The translations under genes and the position numbers were made by a program. The notes beneath the pieces are model-generated. The model made no database searches, had not been told where the DNA came from, and worked only from the letters and a program-made list of their open reading frames with translations. Source: an uncultured Veillonella sp. (GTDB lineage Bacteria; Bacillota; Negativicutes; Veillonellales; Veillonellaceae). Taken from it: a DNA stretch of 64,000 nt. The DNA lies in contig CAUQIB010000008.1 of NCBI GenBank assembly GCA_963518085.1, positions 36,524 through 100,523 on the forward strand. Direction: 5' to 3'. Below, one piece after another: positions 10,208 through 20,043 of the stretch (position 1 is its first letter; each line of letters starts with the position of its first letter).

Positions 10208-10669
10208 GTGGAATTTTATACCTATGCTTATGTGGTGCAACGAGGAGAGTTTACATCCTTATTGGAGTATAGTGTGACAACTATTTTACTAGTAGCATTG
10301 CTAATAGTGGGCGTGAAAGTCATGTACAATCGTTTTGATACGAAGTTTCGTGACTTAGGTATCATCATTGTATTGGGACTTGTCTTTTTATTGGGATTGC
10401 AAGTGAATGATTACACTCGTGATGTAGACAGCGCAGAAGAGTCGAACTATATGGTGCAGTTTCTAAATAATCTGAGTGAACGTGCAGAGGTACCGAAAGA
10501 CAAAATTCGAGTTAATACATTACGCGTGCAAGATCGTATGATTGTAAATATTGAGAATAGTTATTTTGAAGTGACGTTCACCATGAATAAGGAAGCGTAT
10601 TCTTTGCGACCTGTACAAATGATGAATACGAATCCAAAAGTTATAGATGTGAAGAAGGATGAACGATAA
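10208..10669 (+). CDS. DUF3290-like membrane protein
   Basis: MEFYTY start, two TM helices, TKFRDL motif; paired with a DUF421 gene as is usual. Confidence 0.75.
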   Translation: MEFYTYAYVVQRGEFTSLLEYSVTTILLVALLIVGVKVMYNRFDTKFRDLGIIIVLGLVFLLGLQVNDYTRDVDSAEESNYMVQFLNNLSERAEVPKDKIRVNTLRVQDRMIVNIENSYFEVTFTMNKEAYSLRPVQMMNTNPKVIDVKKDER

Positions 10670-10670
10670 T

Positions 10671-11315
10671 ATGTTAACAGGATATACATTAGTATTTATC
10701 AAGCTAACCCTTGGTATCTTAGCCCTCATTTTACAAATGAATTTGATGGGTAAAGGCAATTTAGCGCCTAACTCTGCATTGGACCAAGTACAAAATTATG
10801 TCCTAGGGGGTATTATTGGTGCCGTTATCTATACTGAAAGCATCGGTATCTTGCAATTTTTTCTAGTGCTCATCGCATGGACTATCGTGGTGATGGGCTT
10901 GCGTTTTCTTAGTGCTCATGTGCGGTGGATTAAAACATTGATCGATGGACGTCCTAGCATTGTTATTGATCGCGGTAAGATTCGTGTCGGTGAATGTTTG
11001 AAACGGGGGCTTCTTGGTAGTGATTTGCAGTTGAAACTGCGTAGCGCAGGGGTGACCCTTGTGAGTGATGTACGCCGTGCTGTACTCGAGCAAAATGGTC
11101 AATTGACACTAGTGATGAATGGGGATGATTTAATTCGTTATCCGGTGATTGTAGATGGTGTGGTGGATCCAGATATACTAGAACTGGCAGACAAAAACAT
11201 GGCTTGGTTGGAAGAAGAAGTACAAGACCAAGGATATTCTATTAGTGATATTTATGTGGGAGAATACTCCAAAGGGCATCTAATCCTGCACCCTTATGAA
11301 GGGCGCAGAGGATAA
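10671..11315 (+). CDS. DUF421 (YetF-like) membrane protein (alternative start 10659)
   Basis: GKGNLAPNSALDQVQNYVLGGIIG, LR..G...V..AVLEQNGQL. Confidence 0.85.
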   Translation: MLTGYTLVFIKLTLGILALILQMNLMGKGNLAPNSALDQVQNYVLGGIIGAVIYTESIGILQFFLVLIAWTIVVMGLRFLSAHVRWIKTLIDGRPSIVIDRGKIRVGECLKRGLLGSDLQLKLRSAGVTLVSDVRRAVLEQNGQLTLVMNGDDLIRYPVIVDGVVDPDILELADKNMAWLEEEVQDQGYSISDIYVGEYSKGHLILHPYEGRRG

Positions 11316-11320
11316 TACCG

Positions 11321-11349
11321 TTGTGTTTTAGGATAGAATGGTGTATACT
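11321..11349 (+). promoter_or_regulatory. Promoter of putative antitoxin RNA
   Basis: TTGTGT-17 bp-TATACT with no downstream ORF on this strand before the terminator. Confidence 0.65.
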
Positions 11350-11355
11350 TGGAGT

Positions 11356-11435
11356 AGAAGGAATGAATCTTTCTAAGAGGGTTGTAGAAATTCATCCATA
11401 AGCTCAAAAAAGGACGGCTGCCACCGTCCTTTTTT
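11356..11435 (+). ncRNA. Putative type I antitoxin RNA (Fst/par RNAII-like)
   Basis: Runs from a promoter to a terminator. Carries AGAGGGTTG (11376-11384) and TCCATAAGCTCA (11395-11406), which recur at 11537-11545 and 11555-11566 over the toxin start, so it is complementary to the toxin mRNA. Confidence 0.7.
11406..11435. terminator. Bidirectional terminator shared by toxin and antitoxin
   Basis: AAAAAAGGACGG-CTGCCA-CCGTCCTTTTTT. Confidence 0.8.
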
Positions 11436-11439
11436 CTTT

Positions 11440-11559
11440 CTACTTTCTATTCTTGTAATACTTTAGAATTGCACATGTCAAAAAATTAACAATCAATCCT
11501 TGCAGAATAGGGGCAAGAAAGCTAGCCCACCATACTAGAGGGTTGGAATCAACCTCCAT
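11440..11559 (-). CDS. Fst/Ldr-family type I toxin, 39 aa (MEVDSNPLVWWASFLAPILQGLIVNFLTCAILKYYKNRK)
   Basis: Strong SD AAGGAGGTGA, APxxxG motif in one TM helix, basic tail KYYKNRK, extended -10 TGCTATACT upstream. Below the ORF-track length cutoff. Confidence 0.8.
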   Translation of the reverse strand: MEVDSNPLVWWASFLAPILQGLIVNFLTCAILKYYKNRK

Positions 11560-11632
11560 AAGCTCACCTCCTTTCTGTAAAAGAGGATACCTAAAGTATA
11601 GCACATTTTATGAGAGAAAAGGGTACAAAGTC

Positions 11633-11661
11633 TTGAATAGGCATGAGAAAACATGTATAAT
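11633..11661 (+). promoter_or_regulatory. Promoter of SRP RNA
   Basis: TTGAAT-17 bp-TATAAT. Confidence 0.75.
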
Positions 11662-11670
11662 AGTAGGGTA

Positions 11671-11811
11671 ATAGCATTGGAATATGACAGTCCTATGGGG
11701 CTTGTGCAAGGAGAGCCTGTGAACCATGTCAGGCCTTGATTGGAGCAGCATTAAGCGGTAACTCTCTTGTGCCACGAGGAAACCTATAGGGCTGTCAGAT
11801 TCGAGTGCTAT
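11671..11811 (+). ncRNA. ffs: Signal recognition particle RNA (small type, no Alu domain evident)
   Basis: Core GAACCATGTCAGG...AGCAGCATTAAG; long rod closed by ATAGCA/TGCTAT and TGACAGTCCTAT/ATAGGGCTGTCA; directly upstream of dnaX as in Firmicutes. Confidence 0.92.
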
Positions 11812-11814
11812 GGT

Positions 11815-11841
11815 AAAGCAGCTAGCTTAGCTGCTTTTTTT
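11815..11841 (+). terminator. Terminator after ffs
   Basis: AAAGCAGCTA-GCT-TAGCTGCTTTTTTT. Confidence 0.75.
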
Positions 11842-11866
11842 CATATCTTAAGGGAAAGGAGGGGCT

Positions 11867-14161
11867 ATGAGTTATTTAGCGTTATATAGACGATGGAGAC
11901 CGAAACAATTTACCGATGTAGTAGGTCAACACCATGTGTCTGATACATTACAACGAGCCATACGGGAAGATAAAGTGGCCCATGCCTATTTATTTGCTGG
12001 TCCTAGAGGTACGGGTAAAACGAGTATGGCAAAGATATTTGCTCGTGCTATTAACTGTGAACAGGGGCCTACAGACACACCTTGTGGTCACTGTGAATCG
12101 TGTCAGCAAATGTTACAAGGACAAGCCTTGGATGTGATTGAAATTGATGCGGCCTCCAATCGAGGTATTGATGAAGTGCGTGCCTTGCGAGAACAGGTGA
12201 ACTTTTTACCTGTGGTAGGTCATAAAAAAGTGTTTATTATTGATGAAGCACACATGCTCACCAATGAAGCGTGGAATGCTTTGTTGAAAACTATCGAGGA
12301 ACCGCCGAGCCATGTAATGTTCATTTTCGCTACTACAGAATCTGAGAAATTACCAGTTACTATTTTGTCTCGTTGCCAGCGCTATACGTTCCGTCGTATT
12401 ACAGCTAAAGATATTACAGCCCACTTATTGCATGTTGCAAAGGAGAGTAACATTTCTCTTGACCCTGCGGCGGCACAAGTCATTGCGGTCCATGCAGATG
12501 GGGGCTTGCGGGATGCCTTAAGTATTCTGGATCAATGTTCTGGTATGACCTCGGACATGATTACGGCTCCTCTAGTAGAGACTATGATTGGCTTAGTGAG
12601 CAAATCTTGGGTTCTCGATATGGTAGATATATTGAAAGCAGGTAATGGAGCAGCATTACTGCAAGCTGTAGATGAAGCGCTACAAATGGGTCGTGATGCT
12701 CGGCAAATTGTGACGGCTTTAGTGGAACATCTACGAGCTATGATTGTGGCAAAAGTATTGCCTGATGCGGAAGAGCTATTAGCCTATGATACGCATAAAG
12801 AGCGATTATTGGTGCAGACCAATGAGTTATCTATGGAGGAGATAGGGCGCTATATCAATGTACTCCAAGCGGTACAAAATAATGCAAAGCAAGTAGATAA
12901 CCCGCGAGTGATTGTAGAAATGGGATTGCTTTCACTCTTGCAATTAGGTGGCGGTACCTACCAAACATTAGAAGGGCGCATGACGACGATGGAGCAATTT
13001 GTCAATCGTCAAGAAGATGCATTGCTCCAAAAGCTCAATGAGTGGTCGGAACAACGACCTGTAGTGGTGACGAAACCAGTGGTAGAATCTACCCCACCTG
13101 TGGCGGATACGGATGCATATGATGGTGTCCTAGAGGAAATTCCTCATCCAGTGGAGGATGATGTGTTATTGCCATCTGTCTCACCAGTGAGAACTAGTTC
13201 TGCAAAAGCGACATCTCCTTTACCACCACCTCGCACAGCTAAGGCGGTTGGCTCTGGTGGTAAAAGTTCATTGCCACCCCCATTGCGAAAGAAAGCATCT
13301 CCAACAGTAACACCTAAAACGACGACATTTGACACGGCACAAGATGCGACTGTGGGACAGGAGATGGTGAGTCCTCATGAATATAGCGCGATTTTAGCAA
13401 ACGTGATAAAATGGTTGAGAGGCAAGAATTATGGATTGCTGAATACCATCTATCAGCAAGGAACCTTGGTGTACTTAGACCAAGAGCAAGCCATCTTGAT
13501 GTTCCCGACTCCTATTGCGGGTCCTATTTTGGTACAACAGCAGCATGTAGAATGCGGAAAACAAGCATTCCAACAAGTCGTAGGGCGACCGATTGTGGTG
13601 AAAGCTATCGATAAGAAGGATCCAAAGCTGCAGGTGTACCTAAATGCAGCAAAAGCCTTTGGAGGAACTTCACAGCAAGGTGGACAGTCACAACCAACGA
13701 CAATGGCTCCTGTGGTGGAACGTTCTAGCGAACCCGAGGAAATAGTACAACCGACAGTTGTGACTCAAGAAGTGGCACAGCTTACATCTCATGAAGAGAT
13801 ACCAGCTGTATCCGAAGTAGAACAAACGCCTGAGAGTAGTAAACCTACCTATGTAGGGACAAATACAATTTCAAAGATAGGCGCTGGTAGTGACCCTACT
13901 AATGTAGATGGTATTATTGATGATTTTCTTACAGTCTATGACAATCCAGAGGAAGTATTAAATCCATACTATCAAGCAAAAGGGAATGACATGCTTTCAG
14001 AAGAAAGCATAGACGAGATACGGAAGTTGCCGAAATGGTCCTCAGTAGAGGCCAGTGATGAAGAAAAACAAGAGCCCCTACTCTATGATGCATTGCAGCA
14101 TATGGAGGCCAGCGGGTATGATATTTATGTTAAAGAAGTAGACGATTTGTCTAATAGTTAA
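11867..14161 (+). CDS. dnaX: DNA polymerase III subunit gamma/tau
   Basis: ALYRRWRP, GPRGTGKT, zinc Cys cluster, EIDAASNRG, DEAHML, SRC; long Pro-rich C-terminal region. Confidence 0.97.
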   Translation: MSYLALYRRWRPKQFTDVVGQHHVSDTLQRAIREDKVAHAYLFAGPRGTGKTSMAKIFARAINCEQGPTDTPCGHCESCQQMLQGQALDVIEIDAASNRGIDEVRALREQVNFLPVVGHKKVFIIDEAHMLTNEAWNALLKTIEEPPSHVMFIFATTESEKLPVTILSRCQRYTFRRITAKDITAHLLHVAKESNISLDPAAAQVIAVHADGGLRDALSILDQCSGMTSDMITAPLVETMIGLVSKSWVLDMVDILKAGNGAALLQAVDEALQMGRDARQIVTALVEHLRAMIVAKVLPDAEELLAYDTHKERLLVQTNELSMEEIGRYINVLQAVQNNAKQVDNPRVIVEMGLLSLLQLGGGTYQTLEGRMTTMEQFVNRQEDALLQKLNEWSEQRPVVVTKPVVESTPPVADTDAYDGVLEEIPHPVEDDVLLPSVSPVRTSSAKATSPLPPPRTAKAVGSGGKSSLPPPLRKKASPTVTPKTTTFDTAQDATVGQEMVSPHEYSAILANVIKWLRGKNYGLLNTIYQQGTLVYLDQEQAILMFPTPIAGPILVQQQHVECGKQAFQQVVGRPIVVKAIDKKDPKLQVYLNAAKAFGGTSQQGGQSQPTTMAPVVERSSEPEEIVQPTVVTQEVAQLTSHEEIPAVSEVEQTPESSKPTYVGTNTISKIGAGSDPTNVDGIIDDFLTVYDNPEEVLNPYYQAKGNDMLSEESIDEIRKLPKWSSVEASDEEKQEPLLYDALQHMEASGYDIYVKEVDDLSNS

Positions 14162-14172
14162 GGAGGTTCACT

Positions 14173-14502
14173 ATGTTTGGTGGCGGTAATATGCAAGGTA
14201 TGTTGAAAAAAGTTCAAAAAATGCAAAAGGATATGGAAAAAGCACAAGAAGAAATTAAAAACACCGTAGTAGAAGCATCTATTGGTGGTGGTGCCGTATC
14301 CGTAACGATGAACGGAGAACAAGAAGTATTGTCTATTAAAATTTCTCCTGCTGCAGTTGATCCAGAAGATGTGGAAGCCTTGGAAGATTTAATCTTAGCA
14401 GCTGTGAATGAAGCAAACCGCAAAGCAAAAGAAGTGGCAGAGAAAAAATTAGGTGCTGTCACAGGAAACTTGAAACTTCCTGGAATGCCAGGTATGTTCT
14501 AA
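14173..14502 (+). CDS. ybaB: YbaB/EbfC nucleoid-associated protein
   Basis: MQGMLKKVQKMQ, GGGAVSV, DPEDVEALEDLILAAVNEA; between dnaX and recR. Confidence 0.93.
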   Translation: MFGGGNMQGMLKKVQKMQKDMEKAQEEIKNTVVEASIGGGAVSVTMNGEQEVLSIKISPAAVDPEDVEALEDLILAAVNEANRKAKEVAEKKLGAVTGNLKLPGMPGMF

Positions 14503-14503
14503 T

Positions 14504-15097
14504 ATGACAAATCCTTTAGAACGATTAGTAGAAGAGTTGCGTCGCCTTCCAGGGGTGGGGGCTAAATCGGCTAGACGATTAGCATACCATCTCATTGAGG
14601 CCGATGCAGAAGATGTACAACGCTTGGTAGAAACTATCCTTGCAGCGAAAGAAGCCACACATAGATGTTCCCAATGTTTTAATTTATCTGCTCAAGATCC
14701 TTGTGAGTTTTGTGCTAGCTCTAAACGGGACCGATCGATGATTTGCGTGGTGGAAACATCGCGGGATGTCATTGCTATCGAACGTAGTGGTGACTATAAA
14801 GGGTTATACCACGTGTTAGAGGGGGCTTTGTCTCCTATTGATGGGGTAGGCGTGGAAGACATTCGCTTAAAAGAACTTATGTTGCGCCTTCAAGATAATA
14901 CAGTGCAAGAGGTCATCATCGCTACAGACCCTGATGTAGAAGGGGAAGCAACGGCGCTATACATTGCTCGATTATTGCAACCTACGGGTATTAAGGTGAC
15001 TCGTATTGCCCGAGGCATTCCGGTAGGTGGAGATATTGAATATGCTGATGAGGTGACCTTGAGCGGGGCTGTATTACATCGTCAAGAAATGAGGTAA
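14504..15097 (+). CDS. recR: Recombination mediator RecR
   Basis: LPGVGAKSARR HhH, C4 zinc finger, Toprim ATDPDVEGEATA, RIARGIPVGGDIEYAD. Confidence 0.97.
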   Translation: MTNPLERLVEELRRLPGVGAKSARRLAYHLIEADAEDVQRLVETILAAKEATHRCSQCFNLSAQDPCEFCASSKRDRSMICVVETSRDVIAIERSGDYKGLYHVLEGALSPIDGVGVEDIRLKELMLRLQDNTVQEVIIATDPDVEGEATALYIARLLQPTGIKVTRIARGIPVGGDIEYADEVTLSGAVLHRQEMR

Positions 15098-15330
15098 TGA
15101 TGGATTACATACTACAAGCAGTAGTAGCCATTGTTGTAGCTTGGGTGATTATCAAAGTAGCTTGGTTCACCATCAAACGAGTGGCGACAAATATCTTTTT
15201 AGGTATGATTACCTATGCAGTGGCTACAGAAGTATTCCATATTCCTATGGATATGAATATTATGTTGTGGGCATTAACAGCCGTGTTAGGGCCTATACCA
15301 GTGCTAGGCTTAGCGTACTTTCATTGGTAA
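15097..15330 (+). CDS. Small membrane protein, BofA (pro-sigmaK processing inhibitor)-like
   Basis: Three hydrophobic segments with N..LG...I...N......LG pattern; position after recR matches the Bacillus recR-yaaL-bofA order. Confidence 0.55.
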   Translation: MMDYILQAVVAIVVAWVIIKVAWFTIKRVATNIFLGMITYAVATEVFHIPMDMNIMLWALTAVLGPIPVLGLAYFHW

Positions 15331-15344
15331 AATAAGGAGCAACC

Positions 15345-17999
15345 ATGCAATCAAATACTGTTATACTTAATGACATTCAACAACAAGTTGTACAGGAATT
15401 AGACAGAAATATTGTTTTGCTAGCTTCTGCAGGAACAGGAAAAACAAATACATTGTCCTATCGGGTGGCACATATCTTGGAAACGGGGCGTGCCACTGGT
15501 AATCAAATTTTGTGTCTTACATTTACGAATAAAGCATGTCGTGAAATGAAAGAGCGCATGATTGCCATTGTAGGACAAGAAGCACAAGCTGTGAAAGTAT
15601 CTACATTTCACAGCTTTTGTTATACCATTTTGCAAGAAGAAGCAAAATTACAAGAAGACTTATTTAAAGAATTTCTTATCTTTGATGAAGAAGATGTAGA
15701 GGAATTATTAAGCGAATTTTTGCCTGCCTTTGTGAAAGCTTATAGTGAAGAGCAAGGTATTATGGCACCTAAAATACATGCAAATACGATTCGCGAGGCT
15801 ATCAGCGCTGTGAAAGAGCACCGCGCTAAGTATCAATATTATTCTTCTGATATAAGCAATGATTACAGGCGTACAATGGAGCAAATGAAACGGGAAGAAT
15901 CTGTTTGGTACAGCATTATGTCAGAGGAGACGGCTGCATTTTTAGATGAAACAGGTCTACAAGTGTTGATGGAATACGAGTGCCGCTTGCGAAATCTCAA
16001 TGGATTGGATTTTGCCGATTTAATTACTCGAGTGCACCAAATCTTTCAGCGTCCCGAAGTGGCTAATCGTTGGCGCCAGCGCTATTCTTACATTGCAGTG
16101 GATGAAATGCAGGACACCAGCGCATTAGAATATGAAGTGATGAATACTATGTGGGAAGGCAATCATGTTTTGCTGTGTGGAGACTACTTTCAAACGATTT
16201 ATGAATGGCGTGGGTCTAATCCGATGACATTGATTGATCGATATCGTAGAGATTATAACCCCATAGAATTGGTGTTTGACACAAACTATCGGTCGAATCA
16301 GATGCTATTTAAAGGGGCCTTTTCCATGCTGAAAGATATGTTCCCGCAACGGGTGCGAGAATTGTATCGAAAAGAGCCGCAAGCAATCGCCACACAACAA
16401 GGGGAGCCTATTTCCATATTTGCGGCTGAAGATGCCTATGATGAGGCTAAGTATATATTTCAGGCTATCCAACAGCTGAGAACTGATGAAGAGATGCCGC
16501 CTGTAGGAATTTTATTGCGTACCAACAAACAAGCTGTGCGATTAAGTGAGCAATTTAAACGATGCAATCAATCTTTGCCAGAAGATAAACAATTGAAATT
16601 TATTTTGGCAGATGAGTTAAAATTTTTCCGCCGTTTAGAAATCAAAGATATGATGGCATTTTTTAAATGCTTAGTGAACCCTTGGGATGTGATGAGTACG
16701 AAGCGTATCATTAGAACCTTTGTGAAAGGGATTGGTGATAAGCGCATGGAAGAATTAGAAAGTATAGCAGTAAGAAAAACGGGTTTACGCATCACCGATT
16801 TTATGAGCACAAAAATCTTTACTCGGGAACCTTATGAACAGTTAGAAAAGGGGCTAGTGGCTAAAGATATCGTTGTGTTTGATGTAGAGTCTACAGGCGT
16901 GAATATTATGGAAGACCGTATTGTGCAGATGGCGGCTATCCGTATCGATGAAGAGGGTAATCAAATTGATAGGTTTGAACGATTCATCAACCCTGGTGTA
17001 CCTGTAGGGGATTCAGAATTAGTCCATGGGTTTAGTGATGCGTATTTACAAGAGGTTGGGGGCGATGCACGAACTGTATTGGAAGCATTCAGACAGTTTG
17101 CAGATGGATCTATCATAGTAGGCCATAATGTGCAATATGATATGGGTATATTGGAGCAAGAGTGTAGCCGTCATGGTGTAGCTATGCCGAGAATACAAGC
17201 CATCTATGATACCCTAGATATCTATCGCCGATTCTATCCTAATTTGCCAAACCATAAACTAGAGTTTTTAAGTGGGTACTTTCCGATTGATCATCAGTCT
17301 ACGCACAATGCGATGGATGATATCATCGCAACGGGTAAGCTATTGGTGTATGTGATGAAAGAAAATATTCTTCCCACAAAAGCACAGCGCATGGCATTTG
17401 TAAATAAGTACAGAGATAAATTTGCGGATATTGCTGCCTCTATGGATGCTTTGCGTAGCAAGTGGGCTACTAGTAAGCCTACAGAGATCGTAGAGTATAT
17501 TATGAATCATATGGGTGTCTTGGCGCATTACCAAAAGAAAGTACAAGAAGATCCTACAGGACAACGCCGTGTACAAAGTATTCGTGAGCTATACCGCATT
17601 ATGAAAGAGTTAGAAGCGGAACATCCACACTATGTAGGACGTGATGGAGTCAAAGAGATACTAGAAATGTCTGCTCTTCACTCGGGAGAGGGCATGTTCC
17701 GAAGAAAGGGAGATAGTCGTATACCAATTATCACTGTTCATCAGGCTAAAGGTAGTGAATTTGAATATGTTTTTATTGCCAGTGCTCATGATGGAGGGCT
17801 TCCTTTTTATTATGCTGTTAGAGATGGCAAATTAGAAGAAGAAAAACGTATTTTTTATGTAGCCTTAACCCGTGCTAAGAAACACTTGACCATCACCTAT
17901 GCAAAGGTCAATGCGAATGGGTACTTTCAACAACCAAGTCGATTTCTAGCTTCTATTCCAGAGGAGTATGTAAAGCGAGTCACGTACAATCGCTGGTAG
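15345..17999 (+). CDS. UvrD/PcrA-type SF1 helicase with inserted DnaQ-like (DEDDh) 3'-5' exonuclease
   Basis: ASAGTGKT, DEMQD, GDYFQTIYEWRG, NYRS, TVHQAKGSEF, YVALTRAK; exonuclease motifs VFDVESTG, GHNVQYD, HNAMDD. Confidence 0.9.
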   Translation: MQSNTVILNDIQQQVVQELDRNIVLLASAGTGKTNTLSYRVAHILETGRATGNQILCLTFTNKACREMKERMIAIVGQEAQAVKVSTFHSFCYTILQEEAKLQEDLFKEFLIFDEEDVEELLSEFLPAFVKAYSEEQGIMAPKIHANTIREAISAVKEHRAKYQYYSSDISNDYRRTMEQMKREESVWYSIMSEETAAFLDETGLQVLMEYECRLRNLNGLDFADLITRVHQIFQRPEVANRWRQRYSYIAVDEMQDTSALEYEVMNTMWEGNHVLLCGDYFQTIYEWRGSNPMTLIDRYRRDYNPIELVFDTNYRSNQMLFKGAFSMLKDMFPQRVRELYRKEPQAIATQQGEPISIFAAEDAYDEAKYIFQAIQQLRTDEEMPPVGILLRTNKQAVRLSEQFKRCNQSLPEDKQLKFILADELKFFRRLEIKDMMAFFKCLVNPWDVMSTKRIIRTFVKGIGDKRMEELESIAVRKTGLRITDFMSTKIFTREPYEQLEKGLVAKDIVVFDVESTGVNIMEDRIVQMAAIRIDEEGNQIDRFERFINPGVPVGDSELVHGFSDAYLQEVGGDARTVLEAFRQFADGSIIVGHNVQYDMGILEQECSRHGVAMPRIQAIYDTLDIYRRFYPNLPNHKLEFLSGYFPIDHQSTHNAMDDIIATGKLLVYVMKENILPTKAQRMAFVNKYRDKFADIAASMDALRSKWATSKPTEIVEYIMNHMGVLAHYQKKVQEDPTGQRRVQSIRELYRIMKELEAEHPHYVGRDGVKEILEMSALHSGEGMFRRKGDSRIPIITVHQAKGSEFEYVFIASAHDGGLPFYYAVRDGKLEEEKRIFYVALTRAKKHLTITYAKVNANGYFQQPSRFLASIPEEYVKRVTYNRW

Positions 18000-18073
18000 G
18001 GAATTTATTGGGCTAACCCTACCCTAATGTTTTCAATCTATGCTATAATAGAGTGTAAATAGCTGTATCTTAG

Positions 18074-19486
<1,413 letters not shown>

Positions 19487-19500
19487 TTATATTATATTAT

Positions 19501-19528
19501 GAAAAAGACCCTATATAGGGTCTTTTTT
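19501..19528 (+). terminator. Terminator after purA
   Basis: AAAAAGACCCTA-TA-TAGGGTCTTTTTT. Confidence 0.75.
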
Positions 19529-20043
19529 ATATTGTGGCAAAAATAACGGTAGACTATGCAAAAAATGCAAGAATAAAGAAAAAATGATTATCTTGATAAT
19601 AAAGAATTGTTGTAATATAAGAAAACTAAGAATAAAAATTAATTAAATCTTGTATTGGTGGACAATTTATTAATAAATATTCGTAAGATGTAATGCATAT
19701 TGAGATATATTATCAATATAAGATGTCAAGATATTAAAACATGATTACTATCTTATGAAATGTAATGTTAGCTTTGCACATCTAAATAAATGGGAATGTA
19801 AATGCATTTTTTAAGATGAAATAAAAAATAATATTCTATAGGATATAATACGTTAGCGGTTTAACAGGATAAAATATAACAAATTGCTATAATAGAAATA
19901 GTTAATTAAGGTTGAATTAAATTGTCATTCGGTGTAAGATTAGTACGAAACGGCTACTGTATATTTTTATATCCATAGCTACCATGTCGACAATGGTTTT
20001 CAATAATTATGTCTATTCATAGTATGCAATAGGAGGCTTTATT

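Noticed and set aside
12221..12233. AAAAAAG in dnaX as a programmed -1 frameshift site
   Set aside because: It reads CAT AAA AAA GTG, not A AAA AAG in frame, and lies inside the ATPase domain, far too early to yield a gamma subunit.
19860..20043. SpeFL-like leader peptide upstream of ornithine decarboxylase
   Set aside because: I found no SD-led short ORF resembling SpeFL, and the predicted leader is short.
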